Positions 1 to 15,000 of a stretch of 64,000 bases of DNA are shown one piece after another. The position numbers and the translations under genes were made by a program. Source of the stretch: Yuukianura sp. NJ FZ-2021. Lineage: Eukaryota. Under the pieces are notes generated by a model that was not told where the DNA came from, made no database searches, and worked only from the letters and a program-made list of their open reading frames with translations. The stretch spans positions 3,348,001-3,412,000 of the forward strand of contig CM102287.1 of assembly GCA_046563655.1 (NCBI GenBank), read 5' to 3'. The stretch's first letter is position 1, and each line of letters begins with the position of its first letter.

Positions 1-3000
1 TCAAAAAATTCATTTTTTTCATTGAAAACTCCCCAAAAAGTCATTCTGAGCTTTCTGAGAACTGAAAATTGCACTCCGATATTTTGCCTCGGAAAGCCCA
101 TCTGAAGTGAACCAAGCTCAATTTTTGTCAAAAAATCTTTTTTTTTTCCTTGAAAACTCCCCAAAAAGTCATTCTGAGCTTTCTGAGAACTGAAAATTGC
201 ACTCCGATATTTTGCCTCGGAAAGCCCATCTGAAGTGAACCAAGCTCAATTTTTGTCAAAAAATTCATTTTTTTCATTGAAAACTCCCCAAAAAGTCATT
301 CTGAGCTTTCTGAGAACTGAAAATTGCACTCCGATATTTTGCCTCGGAAAGCCCATCTGAAGTGAACCAAGCTCAATTTTTGTCAAAAAATTCATTTGTT
401 TCATTGAAAACTCCCCAAAAAGTCATTCTGAGCTTTCTGAGAACTGAAAATTGCACTCCGATATTTTGCCTCGGAAAGCCCATCTGAAGTGAACCAAGCT
501 CAATTTTTGTCAAAAAATTCATTTTTTTCATTGAAAACTCCCCAAAAAGTCATTCTGAGCTTTCTGAGAACTGAAAATTGCACTCCGATATTTTGCCTCG
601 GAAAGCCCATCTGAAGTGAACCAAGCTCAATTTTTGTCAAAAAATTCATTTGTTTCATTGAAAACTCCCCAAAAAGTCATTCTGAGCTTTCTGAGAACTG
701 AAAATTGCACTCCGATATTTTGCCTCGGAAAGCCCATCTGAAGTGAACCAAGCTCAATTTTTGTCAAAAAATTCATTTTTTTCATTGAAAACTCCCCAAA
801 AAGTCATTCTGAGCTTTCTGAGAACTGAAAATTGCACTCCGATATTTTGCCTCGGAAAGCCCATCTGAAGTGAACCAAGCTCAATTTTTGTCAAAAAATT
901 CATTTGTTTCATTGAAAACTCCCCAAAAAGTCATTCTGAGCTTTCTGAGAACTGAAAATTGCACTCCGATATTTTGCCTCGGAAAGCCCATCTGAAGTGA
1001 ACCAAGCTCAATTTTTGTCAAAAAATCTTTTTTTTTCATTGAAAACTCCCCAAAAAGTCATTCTGAGCTTTCTGAGAACTGAAAATTGCACTCCGATATT
1101 TTGCCTCGGAAAGCCCATCTGAAGTGAACCAAGCTCAATTTTTGTCAAAAAATTCATTTGTTTCATTGAAAACTCCCCAAAAAGTCATTCTGAGCTTTCT
1201 GAGAACTGAAAATTGCACTCCGATATTTTGCCTCGGAAAGCCCATCTGAAGTGAACCAAGCTCAATTTTTGTCAAAAAATTCATTTGTTTCATTGAAAAC
1301 TCCCCAAAAAGTCATTCTGAGCTTTCTGAGAACTGAAAATTGCACTCCGATATTTTGCCTCGGAAAGCCCATCTGAAGTGAACCAAGCTCAATTTTTGTC
1401 AAAAAATTCATTTGTTTCATTGAAAACTCCCCAAAAAGTCATTCTGAGCTTTCTGAGAACTGAAAATTGCACTCCGATATTTTGCCTCGGAAAGCCCATC
1501 TGAAGTGAACCAAGCTCAATTTTTGTCAAAAAATTCATTTTTTTCATTGAAAACTCCCCAAAAAGTCATTCTGAGCTTTCTGAGAACTGAAAATTGCACT
1601 CCGATATTTTGCCTCGGAAAGCCCATCTGAAGTGAACCAAGCTCAATTTTTGTCAAAAAATTCATTTGTTTCATTGAAAACTCCCCAAAAAGTCATTCTG
1701 AGCTTTCTGAGAACTGAAAATTGCACTCCGATATTTTGCCTCGGAAAGCCCATCTGAAGTGAACCAAGCTCAATTTTTGTCAAAAAATTCATTTGTTTCA
1801 TTGAAAACTCCCCAAAAAGTCATTCTGAGCTTTCTGAGAACTGAAAATTGCACTCCGATATTTTGCCTCGGAAAGCCCATCTGAAGTGAACCAAGCTCAA
1901 TTTTTGTCAAAAAATTCATTTGTTTCATTGAAAACTCCCCAAAAAGTCATTCTGAGCTTTCTGAGAACTGAAAATTGCACTCCGATATTTTGCCTCGGAA
2001 AGCCCATCTGAAGTGAACCAAGCTCAATTTTTGTCAAAAAATTCATTTTTTTCATTGAAAACTCCCCAAAAAGTCATTCTGAGCTTTCTGAGAACTGAAA
2101 ATTGCACTCCGATATTTTGCCTCGGAAAGCCCATCTGAAGTGAACCAAGCTCAATTTTTGTCAAAAAATTCATTTGTTTCATTGAAAACTCCCCAAAAAG
2201 TCATTCTGAGCTTTCTGAGAACTGAAAATTGCACTCCGATATTTTGCCTCGGAAAGCCCATCTGAAGTGAACCAAGCTCAATTTTTGTCAAAAAATCTTT
2301 TTTTTTTCATTGAAAACTCCCCAAAAAGTCATTCTGAGCTTTCTGAGAACTGAAAATTGCACTCCGATATTTTGCCTCGGAAAGCCCATCTGAAGTGAAC
2401 CAAGCTCAATTTTTGTCAAAAAATTCATTTGTTTCATTGAAAACTCCCCAAAAAGTCATTCTGAGCTTTCTGAGAACTGAAAATTGCACTCCGATATTTT
2501 GCCTCGGAAAGCCCATCTGAAGTGAACCAAGCTCAATTTTTGTCAAAAAATTCATTTGTTTCATTGAAAACTCCCCAAAAAGTCATTCTGAGCTTTCTGA
2601 GAACTGAAAATTGCACTCCGATATTTTGCCTCGGAAAGCCCATCTGAAGTGAACCAAGCTCAATTTTTGTCAAAAAATTCATTTGTTTCATTGAAAACTC
2701 CCCAAAAAGTCATTCTGAGCTTTCTGAGAACTGAAAATTGCACTCCGATATTTTGCCTCGGAAAGCCCATCTGAAGTGAACCAAGCTCAATTTTTGTCAA
2801 AAAATTCATTTTTTTCATTGAAAACTCCCCAAAAAGTCATTCTGAGCTTTCTGAGAACTGAAAATTGCACTCCGATATTTTGCCTCGGAAAGCCCATCTG
2901 AAGTGAACCAAGCTCAATTTTTGTCAAAAAATTCATTTGTTTCATTGAAAACTCCCCAAAAAGTCATTCTGAGCTTTCTGAGAACTGAAAATTGCACTCC

Positions 3001-6000
3001 GATATTTTGCCTCGGAAAGCCCATCTGAAGTGAACCAAGCTCAATTTTTGTCAAAAAATTCATTTTTTTCATTGAAAACTCCCCAAAAAGTCATTCTGAG
3101 CTTTCTGAGAACTGAAAATTGCACTCCGATATTTTGCCTCGGAAAGCCCATCTGAAGTGAACCAAGCTCATTTTTTGTCAAAAAATTCATTTTTTTCATT
3201 GAAAACTCCCCAAAAAGTCATTCTGAGCTTTCTGAGAACTGAAAATTGCACTCCGATATTTTGCCTCGGAAAGCCCATCTGAAGTGAACCAAGCTCAATT
3301 TTTGTCAAAAAATTCATTTGTTTCATTGAAAACTCCCCAAAAAGTCATTCTGAGCTTTCTGAGAACTGAAAATTGCACTCCGATATTTTGCCTCGGAAAG
3401 CCCATCTGAAGTGAACCAAGCTCAATTTTTGTCAAAAAATTCATTTTTTTCATTGAAAACTCCCCAAAAAGTCATTCTGAGCTTTCTGAGAACTGAAAAT
3501 TGCACTCCGATATTTTGCCTCGGAAAGCCCATCTGAAGTGAACCAAGCTCAATTTTTGTCAAAAAATTCATTTGTTTCATTGAAAACTCCCCAAAAAGTC
3601 ATTCTGAGCTTTCTGAGAACTGAAAATTGCACTCCGATATTTTGCCTCGGAAAGCCCATCTGAAGTGAACCAAGCTCAATTTTTGTCAAAAAATTCATTT
3701 GTTTCATTGAAAACTCCCCAAAAAGTCATTCTGAGCTTTCTGAGAACTGAAAATTGCACTCCGATATTTTGCCTCGGAAAGCCCATCTGAAGTGAACCAA
3801 GCTCAATTTTTGTCAAAAAATTCATTTGTTTCATTGAAAACTCCCCAAAAAGTCATTCTGAGCTTTCTGAGAACTGAAAATTGCACTCCGATATTTTGCC
3901 TCGGAAAGCCCATCTGAAGTGAACCAAGCTCAATTTTTGTCAAAAAATCTTTTTTTTTCCTTGAAAACTCCCCAAAAAGTCATTCTGAGCTTTCTGAGAA
4001 CTGAAAATTGCACTCCGATATTTTGCCTTGGAAAGCCCATCTGAAGTGAACCAAGCTCAATTTTTGTCAAAAAATTCATTTTTTCATTGAAAACTCCCCA
4101 AAAAGTCATTCTGAGCTTTCTGAGAACTGAAAATTGCACTCCGATATTTTGCCTCGGAAAGCCCATCTGAAGTGAACCAAGCTCAATTTTTGTCAAAAAA
4201 TCTTTTTTTTTTCCTTGAAAACTCCCCAAAAAGTCATTCTGAGCTTTCTGAGAACTGAAAATTGCACTCCGATATTTTGCCTCGGAAAGCCCATCTGAAG
4301 TGAACCAAGCTCAATTTTTGTCAAAAAATTCATTTTTTTCATTGAAAACTCCCCAAAAAGTCATTCTGAGCTTTCTGAGAACTGAAAATTGCACTCCGAT
4401 ATTTTGCCTCGGAAAGCCCATCTGAAGTGAACCAAGCTCAATTTTTGTCAAAAAATTCATTTGTTTCATTGAAAACTCCCCAAAAAGTCATTCTGAGCTT
4501 TCTGAGAACTGAAAATTGCACTCCGATATTTTGCCTCGGAAAGCCCATCTGAAGTGAACCAAGCTCAATTTTTGTCAAAAAATTCATTTGTTTCATTGAA
4601 AACTCCCCAAAAAGTCATTCTGAGCTTTCTGAGAACTGAAAATTGCACTCCGATATTTTGCCTCGGAAAGCCCATCTGAAGTGAACCAAGCTCAATTTTT
4701 GTCAAAAAATTCATTTGTTTCATTGAAAACTCCCCAAAAAGTCATTCTGAGCTTTCTGAGAACTGAAAATTGCACTCCGATATTTTGCCTCGGAAAGCCC
4801 ATCTGAAGTGAACCAAGCTCAATTTTTGTCAAAAAATTCATTTGTTTCATTGAAAACTCCCCAAAAAGTCATTCTGAGCTTTCTGAGAACTGAAAATTGC
4901 ACTCCGATATTTTGCCTCGGAAAGCCCATCTGAAGTGAACCAAGCTCAATTTTTGTCAAAAAATTCATTTTTTTCATTGAAAACTCCCCAAAAAGTCATT
5001 CTGAGCTTTCTGAGAACTGAAAATTGCACTCCGATATTTTGCCTCGGAAAGCCCATCTGAAGTGAACCAAGCTCAATTTTTGTCAAAAAATTTTTTTTTT
5101 CCTTGAAAACTCCCCAAAAAGTCATTCTGAGCTTTCTGAGAGCTGAAAATTGCACTCTGATATTTTGCCTCGGAAAGCCCATCTGAAGTGAACCAAGCTC
5201 AATTTTTGTCAAAAAATTCATTTGTTTCATTGAAAACTCCCCAAAAAGTCATTCTGAGCTTTCTGAGAACTGAAAATTGCACTCCGATATTTTGCCTCGG
5301 AAAGCCCATCTGAAGTGAACCAAGCTCAATTTTTGTCAAAAAATTCATTTGTTTCATTGAAAACTCCCCAAAAAGTCATTCTGAGCTTTCTGAGAACTGA
5401 AAATTGCACTCCGATATTTTGCCTCGGAAAGCCCATCTGAAGTGAACCAAGCTCAATTTTTGTCAAAAAATTCATTTGTTTCATTGAAAACTCCCCAAAA
5501 AGTCATTCTGAGCTTTCTGAGAACTGAAAATTGCACTCCGATATTTTGCCTCGGAAAGCCCATCTGAAGTGAACCAAGCTCAATTTTTGTCAAAAAATTC
5601 ATTTGTTTCATTGAAAACTCCCCAAAAAGTCATTCTGAGCTTTCTGAGAACTGAAAATTGCACTCCGATATTTTGCCTCGGAAAGCCCATCTGAAGTGAA
5701 CCAAGCTCAATTTTTGTCAAAAAATTCATTTTTTTCATTGAAAACTCCCCAAAAAGTCATTCTGAGCTTTCTGAGAACTGAAAATTGCACTCCGATATTT
5801 TGCCTCGGAAAGCCCATCTGAAGTGAACCAAGCTCAATTTTTGTCAAAAAATTCATTTGTTTCATTGAAAACTCCCCAAAAAGTCATTCTGAGCTTTCTG
5901 AGAACTGAAAATTGCACTCCGATATTTTGCCTCGGAAAGCCCATCTGAAGTGAACCAAGCTCAATTTTTGTCAAAAAATTCATTTGTTTCATTGAAAACT

Positions 6001-9000
6001 CCCCAAAAAGTCATTCTGAGCTTTCTGAGAACTGAAAATTGCACTCCGATATTTTGCCTCGGAAAGCCCATCTGAAGTGAACCAAGCTCAATTTTTGTCA
6101 AAAAATTCATTTTTTTCATTGAAAACTCCCCAAAAAGTCATTCTGAGCTTTCTGAGAACTGAAAATTGCACTCCGATATTTTGCCTCGGAAAGCCCATCT
6201 GAAGTGAACCAAGCTCATTTTTTGTCAAAAAATTCATTTTTTTCATTGAAAACTCCCCAAAAAGTCATTCTGAGCTTTCTGAGAACTGAAAATTGCACTC
6301 CGATATTTTGCCTCGGAAAGCCCATCTGAAGTGAACCAAGCTCAATTTTTGTCAAAAAATTCATTTTTTTCATTGAAAACTCCCCAAAAAGTCATTCTGA
6401 GCTTTCTGAGAACTGAAAATTGCACTCCGATATTTTGCCTCGGAAAGCCCATCTGAAGGGAACCAAGCTCATTTTTTGTCAAAAAATTCATTTTTTCATT
6501 GAAAACTCCCCAAAAAGTCATTCTAAGCTTTCTGAGAAGTGAAAATTGCACTCCGATATTTTGCCTCCGAAAGCCCATCTGAAGTGAACCAAGCTCATTT
6601 TTTGTCAAAAAATTCATTTTTTTCATTGAAAACTCCCCAAAAAGTCATTCTGAGCTTTCTGAGAACTGAAAATTGCACTCCGATATTTTGCCTCGGAAAG
6701 CCCATCTGAAGTGAACCAAGCTCAATTTTTGTCAAAAAATTCATTTGTTTCATTGAAAACTCCCCAAAAAGTCATTCTGAGCTTTCTGAGAACTGAAAAT
6801 TGCACTCCGATATTTTGCCTCGGAAAGCCCATCTGAAGTGAACCAAGCTCAATTTTTGTCAAAAAATTCATTTTTTTCATTGAAAACTCCCCAAAAAGTC
6901 ATTCTGAGCTTTCTGAGAACTGAAAATTGCACTCCGATATTTTGCCTCGGAAAGCCCATCTGAAGTGAACCAAGCTCATTTTTTGTCAAAAAATTCATTT
7001 TTTTCATTGAAAACTCCCCAAAAAGTCATTCTGAGCTTTCTGAGAACTGAAAATTGCACTCCGATATTTTGCCTCGGAAAGCCCATCTGAAGTGAACCAA
7101 GCTCAATTTTTGTCAAAAAATCTTTTTTTCATTCAAAACTCCCCAAAAAGTCATTCTGAGCTTTCTGAGAACTGAAAATTGCACTCCGATATTTTGCCTC
7201 GGAAAGCCCATCTGAAGTGAACCAAGCTCAATTTTTGTCAAAAAATTCATTTGTTTCATTGAAAACTCCCCAAAAAGTCATTCTGAGCTTTCTGAGAACT
7301 GAAAATTGCACTCCGATATTTTGCCTCGGAAAGCCCATCTGAAGTGAACCAAGCTCAATTTTTGTCAAAAAATTCATTTGTTTCATTGAAAACTCCCCAA
7401 AAAGTCATTCTGAGCTTTCTGAGAACTGAAAATTGCACTCCGATATTTTGCCTCGGAAAGCCCATCTGAAGTGAACCAAGCTCAATTTTTGTCAAAAAAT
7501 TCATTTGTTTCATTGAAAACTCCCCAAAAAGTCATTCTGAGCTTTCTGAGAACTGAAAATTGCACTCCGATATTTTGCCTCGGAAAGCCCATCTGAAGTG
7601 AACCAAGCTCAATTTTTGTCAAAAAATTCATTTTTTTCATTGAAAACTCCCCAAAAAGTCATTCTGAGCTTTCTGAGAACTGAAAATTGCACTCCGATAT
7701 TTTGCCTCGGAAAGCCCATCTGAAGTGAACCAAGCTCAATTTTTGTCAAAAAATTCATTTTTTTCATTGAAAACTCCCCAAAAAGTCATTCTGAGCTTTC
7801 TGAGAACTGAAAATTGCACTCCGATATTTTGCCTCGGAAAGCCCATCTGAAGTGAACCAAGCTCAATTTTTGTCAAAAAATTCATTTGTTTCATTGAAAA
7901 CTCCCCAAAAAGTCATTCTGAGCTTTCTGAGAACTGAAAATTGCACTCCGATATTTTGCCTCGGAAAGCCCATCTGAAGTGAACCAAGCTCAATTTTTGT
8001 CAAAAAATTCATTTGTTTCATTGAAAACTCCCCAAAAAGTCATTCTGAGCTTTCTGAGAACTGAAAATTGCACTCCGATATTTTGCCTCGGAAAGCCCAT
8101 CTGAAGTGAACCAAGCTCAATTTTTGTCAAAAAATTCATTTGTTTCATTGAAAACTCCCCAAAAAGTCATTCTGAGCTTTCTGAGAACTGAAAATTGCAC
8201 TCCGATATTTTGCCTCGGAAAGCCCATCTGAAGTGAACCAAGCTCAATTTTTGTCAAAAAATTCATTTTTTTCATTGAAAACTCCCCAAAAAGTCATTCT
8301 GAGCTTTCTGAGAACTGAAAATTGCACTCCGATATTTTGCCTCGGAAAGCCCATCTGAAGTGAACCAAGCTCAATTTTTGTCAAAAAATTCATTTGTTTC
8401 ATTGAAAACTCCCCAAAAAGTCATTCTGAGCTTTCTGAGAACTGAAAATTGCACTCCGATATTTTGCCTCGGAAAGCCCATCTGAAGTGAACCAAGCTCA
8501 ATTTTTGTCAAAAAATCTTTTTTTTTTCATTGAAAACTCCCCAAAAAGTCATTCTGAGCTTTCTGAGAACTGAAAATTGCACTCCGATATTTTGCCTCGG
8601 AAAGCCCATCTGAAGTGAACCAAGCTCAATTTTTGTCAAAAAATTCATTTGTTTCATTGAAAACTCCCCAAAAAGTCATTCTGAGCTTTCTGAGAACTGA
8701 AAATTGCACTCCGATATTTTGCCTCGGAAAGCCCATCTGAAGTGAACCAAGCTCAATTTTTGTCAAAAAATTCATTTTTTTCATTGAAAACTCCCCAAAA
8801 AGTCATTCTGAGCTTTCTGAGAACTGAAAATTGCACTCCGATATTTTGCCTCGGAAAGCCCATCTGAAGTGAACCAAGCTCAATTTTTGTCAAAAAATTC
8901 ATTTGTTTCATTGAAAACTCCCCAAAAAGTCATTCTGAGCTTTCTGAGAACTGAAAATTGCACTCCGATATTTTGCCTCGGAAAGCCCATCTGAAGTGAA

Positions 9001-12000
9001 CCAAGCTCAATTTTTGTCAAAAAATTCATTTTTTTCATTGAAAACTCCCCAAAAAGTCATTCTGAGCTTTCTGAGAACTGAAAATTGCACTCCGATATTT
9101 TGCCTCGGAAAGCCCATCTGAAGTGAACCAAGCTCAATTTTTGTCAAAAAATTCATTTGTTTCATTGAAAACTCCCCAAAAAGTCATTCTGAGCTTTCTG
9201 AGAACTGAAAATTGCACTCCGATATTTTGCCTCGGAAAGCCCATCTGAAGTGAACCAAGCTCAATTTTTGTCAAAAAATTCATTTTTTTCATTGAAAACT
9301 CCCCAAAAAGTCATTCTGAGCTTTCTGAGAACTGAAAATTGCACTCCGATATTTTGCCTCGGAAAGCCCATCTGAAGTGAACCAAGCTCAATTTTTGTCA
9401 AAAAATTCATTTGTTTCATTGAAAACTCCCCAAAAAGTCATTCTGAGCTTTCTGAGAACTGAAAATTGCACTCCGATATTTTGCCTCGGAAAGCCCATCT
9501 GAAGTGAACCAAGCTCAATTTTTGTCAAAAAATTCATTTGTTTCATTGAAAACTCCCCAAAAAGTCATTCTGAGCTTTCTGAGAACTGAAAATTGCACTC
9601 CGATATTTTGCCTCGGAAAGCCCATCTGAAGTGAACCAAGCTCAATTTTTGTCAAAAAATTCATTTGTTTCATTGAAAACTCCCCAAAAAGTCATTCTGA
9701 GCTTTCTGAGAACTGAAAATTGCACTCCGATATTTTGCCTCGGAAAGCCCATCTGAAGTGAACCAAGCTCAATTTTTGTCAAAAAATTCATTTTTTTCAT
9801 TGAAAACTCCCCAAAAAGTCATTCTGAGCTTTCTGAGAACTGAAAATTGCACTCCGATATTTTGCCTCGGAAAGCCCATCTGAAGTGAACCAAGCTCAAT
9901 TTTTGTCAAAAAATTCATTTGTTTCATTGAAAACTCCCCAAAAAGTCATTCTGAGCTTTCTGAGAACTGAAAATTGCACTCCGATATTTTGCCTCGGAAA
10001 GCCCATCTGAAGTGAACCAAGCTCAATTTTTGTCAAAAAATCTTTTTTTTTCATTGAAAACTCCCCAAGAAGTCATTCTGAGCTTTCTGAGAACTGAAAA
10101 TTGCACTCCGATATTTTGCCTCGGAAAGCCCATCTGAAGTGAACCAAGCTCAATTTTTGTCAAAAAATTCATTTGTTTCATTGAAAACTCCCCAAAAAGT
10201 CATTCTGAGCTTTCTGAGAACTGAAAATTGCACTCCGATATTTTGCCTCGGAAAGCCCATCTGAAGTGAACCAAGCTCAATTTTTGTCAAAAAATTCATT
10301 TTTTTCATTGAAAACTCCCCAAAAAGTCATTCTGAGCTTTCTGAGAACTGAAAATTGCACTCCGATATTTTGCCTCGGAAAGCCCATCTGAAGTGAACCA
10401 AGCTCAATTTTTGTCAAAAAATTCATTTGTTTCATTGAAAACTCCCCAAAAAGTCATTCTGAGCTTTCTGAGAACTGAAAATTGCACTCCGATATTTTGC
10501 CTCGGAAAGCCCATCTGAAGTGAACCAAGCTCAATTTTTGTCAAAAAATTCATTTGTTTCATTGAAAACTCCCCAAAAAGTCATTCTGAGCTTTCTGAGA
10601 ACTGAAAATTGCACTCCGATATTTTGCCTCGGAAAGCCCATCTGAAGTGAACCAAGCTCAATTTTTGTCAAAAAATTCATTTGTTTCATTGAAAACTCCC
10701 CAAAAAGTCATTCTGAGCTTTCTGAGAACTGAAAATTGCACTCCGATATTTTGCCTCGGAAAGCCCATCTGAAGTGAACCAAGCTCAATTTTTGTCAAAA
10801 AATTCATTTGTTTCATTGAAAACTCCCCAAAAAGTCATTCTGAGCTTTCTGAGAACTGAAAATTGCACTCCGATATTTTGCCTCGGAAAGCCCATCTGAA
10901 GTGAACCAAGCTCAATTTTTGTCAAAAAATTCATTTTTTCATTGAAAACTCCCCAAAAAGTCATTCTGAGCTTTCTGAGAACTGAAAATTGCACTCCGAT
11001 ATTTTGCCTCGGAAAGCCCATCTGAAGTGAACCAAGCTCAATTTTTGTCAAAAAATTCATTTGTTTCATTGAAAACTCCCCAAAAAGTCATTCTGAGCTT
11101 TCTGAGAACTGAAAATTGCACTCCGATATTTTGCCTCGGAAAGCCCATCTGAAGTGAACCAAGCTCAATTTTTGTCAAAAAATCTTTTTTTCATTCAAAA
11201 CTCCCCAAAAAGTCATTCTGAGCTTTCTGAGAACTGAAAATTGCACTCCGATATTTTGCCTCGGAAAGCCCATCTGAAGTGAACCAAGCTCAATTTTTGT
11301 CAAAAAATTCATTTGTTTCATTGAAAACTCCCCAAAAAGTCATTCTGAGCTTTCTGAGAACTGAAAATTGCACTCCGATATTTTGCCTCGGAAAGCCCAT
11401 CTGAAGTGAACCAAGCTCAATTTTTGTCAAAAAATTCTTTTTTTCATTGAAAACTCCCCAAAAAGTCATTCTGAGCTTTCTGAGAACTGAAAATTGCACT
11501 CCGATATTTTGCCTCGGAAAGCCCATCTGAAGTGAACCAAGCTCAATTTTTGTCAAAAAATTCATTTGTTTCATTGAAAACTCCCCAAAAAGTCATTCTG
11601 AGCTTTCTGAGAACTGAAAATTGCACTCCGATATTTTGCCTCGGAAAGCCCATCTGAAGTGAACCAAGCTCAATTTTTGTCAAAAAATTCATTTTTTTCA
11701 TTGAAAACTCCCCAAAAAGTCATTCTGAGCTTTCTGAGAACTGAAAATTGCACTCCGATATTTTGCCTCGGAAAGCCCATCTGAAGTGAACCAAGCTCAA
11801 TTTTTGTCAAAAAATTCATTTGTTTCATTGAAAACTCCCCAAAAAGTCATTCTGAGCTTTCTGAGAACTGAAAATTGCACTCCGATATTTTGCCTCAGAA
11901 AGCCCATCTGAAGTGAACCAAGCTCAATTTTTGTCAAAAAATTCTTTTTTTTCATTGAAAACTCCCCAAAAAGTCATTCTGAGCTTTCTGAGAACTGAAA

Positions 12001-15000
12001 ATTGCACTCTGATATTTTGCCTCGGAAAGCCCATCTGAAGTGAACCAAGCTCAATTTTTGTCAAAAAATTCATTTGTTTCATTGAAAACTCCCCAAAAAG
12101 TCATTCTGAGCTTTCTGAGAACTGAAAATTGCACTCCGATATTTTGCCTCGGAAAGCCCATCTGAAGTGAACCAAGCTCAATTTTTGTCAAAAAATTCAT
12201 TTGTTTCATTGAAAACTCCCCAAAAAGTCATTCTGAGCTTTCTGAGAACTGAAAATTGCACTCCGATATTTTGCCTCGGAAAGCCCATCTGAAGTGAACC
12301 AAGCTCAATTTTTGTCAAAAAATTCATTTTTTTCATTGAAAACTCCCCAAAAAGTCATTCTGAGCTTTCTGAGAACTGAAAATTGCACTCCGATATTTTG
12401 CCTCGGAAAGCCCATCTGAAGTGAACCAAGCTCAATTTTTGTCAAAAAATCTTTTTTTTTCATTGAAAACTCCCCAAGAAGTCATTCTGAGCTTTCTGAG
12501 AACTGAAAATTGCACTCCGATATTTTGCCTCGGAAAGCCCATCTGAAGTGAACCAAGCTCAATTTTTGTCAAAAAATTCATTTGTTTCATTGAAAACTCC
12601 CCAAAAAGTCATTCTGAGCTTTCTGAGAACTGAAAATTGCACTCCGATATTTTGCCTCGGAAAGCCCATCTGAAGTGAACCAAGCTCAATTTTTGTCAAA
12701 AAATTCATTTGTTTCATTGAAAACTCCCCAAAAAGTCATTCTGAGCTTTCTGAGAACTGAAAATTGCACTCCGATATTTTGCCTCGGAAAGCCCATCTGA
12801 AGTGAACCAAGCTCAATTTTTGTCAAAAAATTCATTTTTTTCATTGAAAACTCCCCAAAAAGTCATTCTGAGCTTTCTGAGAACTGAAAATTGCACTCCG
12901 ATATTTTGCCTCGGAAAGCCCATCTGAAGTGAACCAAGCTCAATTTTTGTCAAAAAATTCATTTGTTTCATTGAAAACTCCCCAAAAAGTCATTCTGAGC
13001 TTTCTGAGAACTGAAAATTGCACTCCGATATTTTGCCTCGGAAAGCCCATCTGAAGTGAACCAAGCTCAATTTTTGTCAAAAAATTCATTTGTTTCATTG
13101 AAAACTCCCCAAAAAGTCATTCTGAGCTTTCTGAGAACTGAAAATTGCACTCCGATATTTTGCCTCGGAAAGCCCATCTGAAGTGAACCAAGCTCAATTT
13201 TTGTCAAAAAATTCATTTGTTTCATTGAAAACTCCCCAAAAAGTCATTCTGAGCTTTCTGAGAACTGAAAATTGCACTCCGATATTTTGCCTCAGAAAGC
13301 CCATCTGAAGTGAACCAAGCTCAATTTTTGTCAAAAAATTCTTTTTTTTCATTGAAAACTCCCCAAAAAGTCATTCTGAGCTTTCTGAGAACTGAAAATT
13401 GCACTCCGATATTTTGCCTCGGAAAGCCCATCTGAAGTGAACCAAGCTCAATTTTTGTCAAAAAATTCATTTGTTTCATTGAAAACTCCCCAAAAAGTCA
13501 TTCTGAGCTTTCTGAGAACTGAAAATTGCACTCCGATATTTTGCCTCGGAAAGCCCATCTGAAGTGAACCAAGCTCAATTTTTGTCAAAAAATTCATTTT
13601 TTTCATTGAAAACTCCCCAAAAAGTCATTCTGAGCTTTCTGAGAACTGAAAATTGCACTCCGATATTTTGCCTCGGAAAGCCCATCTGAAGTGAACCAAG
13701 CTCAATTTTTGTCAAAAAATTCATTTGTTTCATTGAAAACTCCCCAAAAAGTCATTCTGAGCTTTCTGAGAACTGAAAATTGCACTCCGATATTTTGCCT
13801 CGGAAAGCCCATCTGAAGTGAACCAAGCTCAATTTTTGTCAAAAAATTCATTTGTTTCATTGAAAACTCCCCAAAAAGTCATTCTGAGCTTTCTGAGAAC
13901 TGAAAATTGCACTCCGATATTTTGCCTCGGAAAGCCCATCTGAAGTGAACCAAGCTCAATTTTTGTCAAAAAATTCATTTGTTTCATTGAAAACTCCCCA
14001 AAAAGTCATTCTGAGCTTTCTGAGAACTGAAAATTGCACTCCGATATTTTGCCTCGGAAAGCCCATCTGAAGTGAACCAAGCTCAATTTTTGTCAAAAAA
14101 TTCATTTGTTTCATTGAAAACTCCCCAAAAAGTCATTCTGAGCTTTCTGAGAACTGAAAATTGCACTCCGATATTTTGCCTCGGAAAGCCCATCTGAAGT
14201 GAACCAAGCTCAATTTTTGTCAAAAAATTCATTTGTTTCATTGAAAACTCCCCAAAAAGTCATTCTGAGCTTTCTGAGAACTGAAAATTGCACTCCGATA
14301 TTTTGCCTCGGAAAGCCCATCTGAAGTGAACCAAGCTCAATTTTTGTCAAAAAATTCATTTTTTTCATTGAAAACTCCCCAAAAAGTCATTCTGAGCTTT
14401 CTGAGAACTGAAAATTGCACTCCGATATTTTGCCTCGGAAAGCCCATCTGAAGTGAACCAAGCTCAATTTTTGTCAAAAAATTCATTTGTTTCATTGAAA
14501 ACTCCCCAAAAAGTCATTCTGAGCTTTCTGAGAACTGAAAATTGCACTCCGATATTTTGCCTCGGAAAGCCCATCTGAAGTGAACCAAGCTCAATTTTTG
14601 TCAAAAAATTCATTTTTTTCATTGAAAACTCCCCAAAAAGTCATTCTGAGCTTTCTGAGAACTGAAAATTGCACTCCGATATTTTGCCTCGGAAAGCCCA
14701 TCTGAAGTGAACCAAGCTCAATTTTTGTCAAAAAATTCATTTTTTTCATTGAAAACTCCCCAAAAAGTCATTCTGAGCTTTCTGAGAACTGAAAATTGCA
14801 CTCCGATATTTTGCCTCGGAAAGCCCATCTGAAGTGAACCAAGCTCAATTTTTGTCAAAAAATTCATTTGTTTCATTGAAAACTCCCCAAAAAGTCATTC
14901 TGAGCTTTCTGAGAACTGAAAATTGCACTCCGATATTTTGCCTCGGAAAGCCCATCTGAAGTGAACCAAGCTCAATTTTTGTCAAAAAATTCATTTGTTT

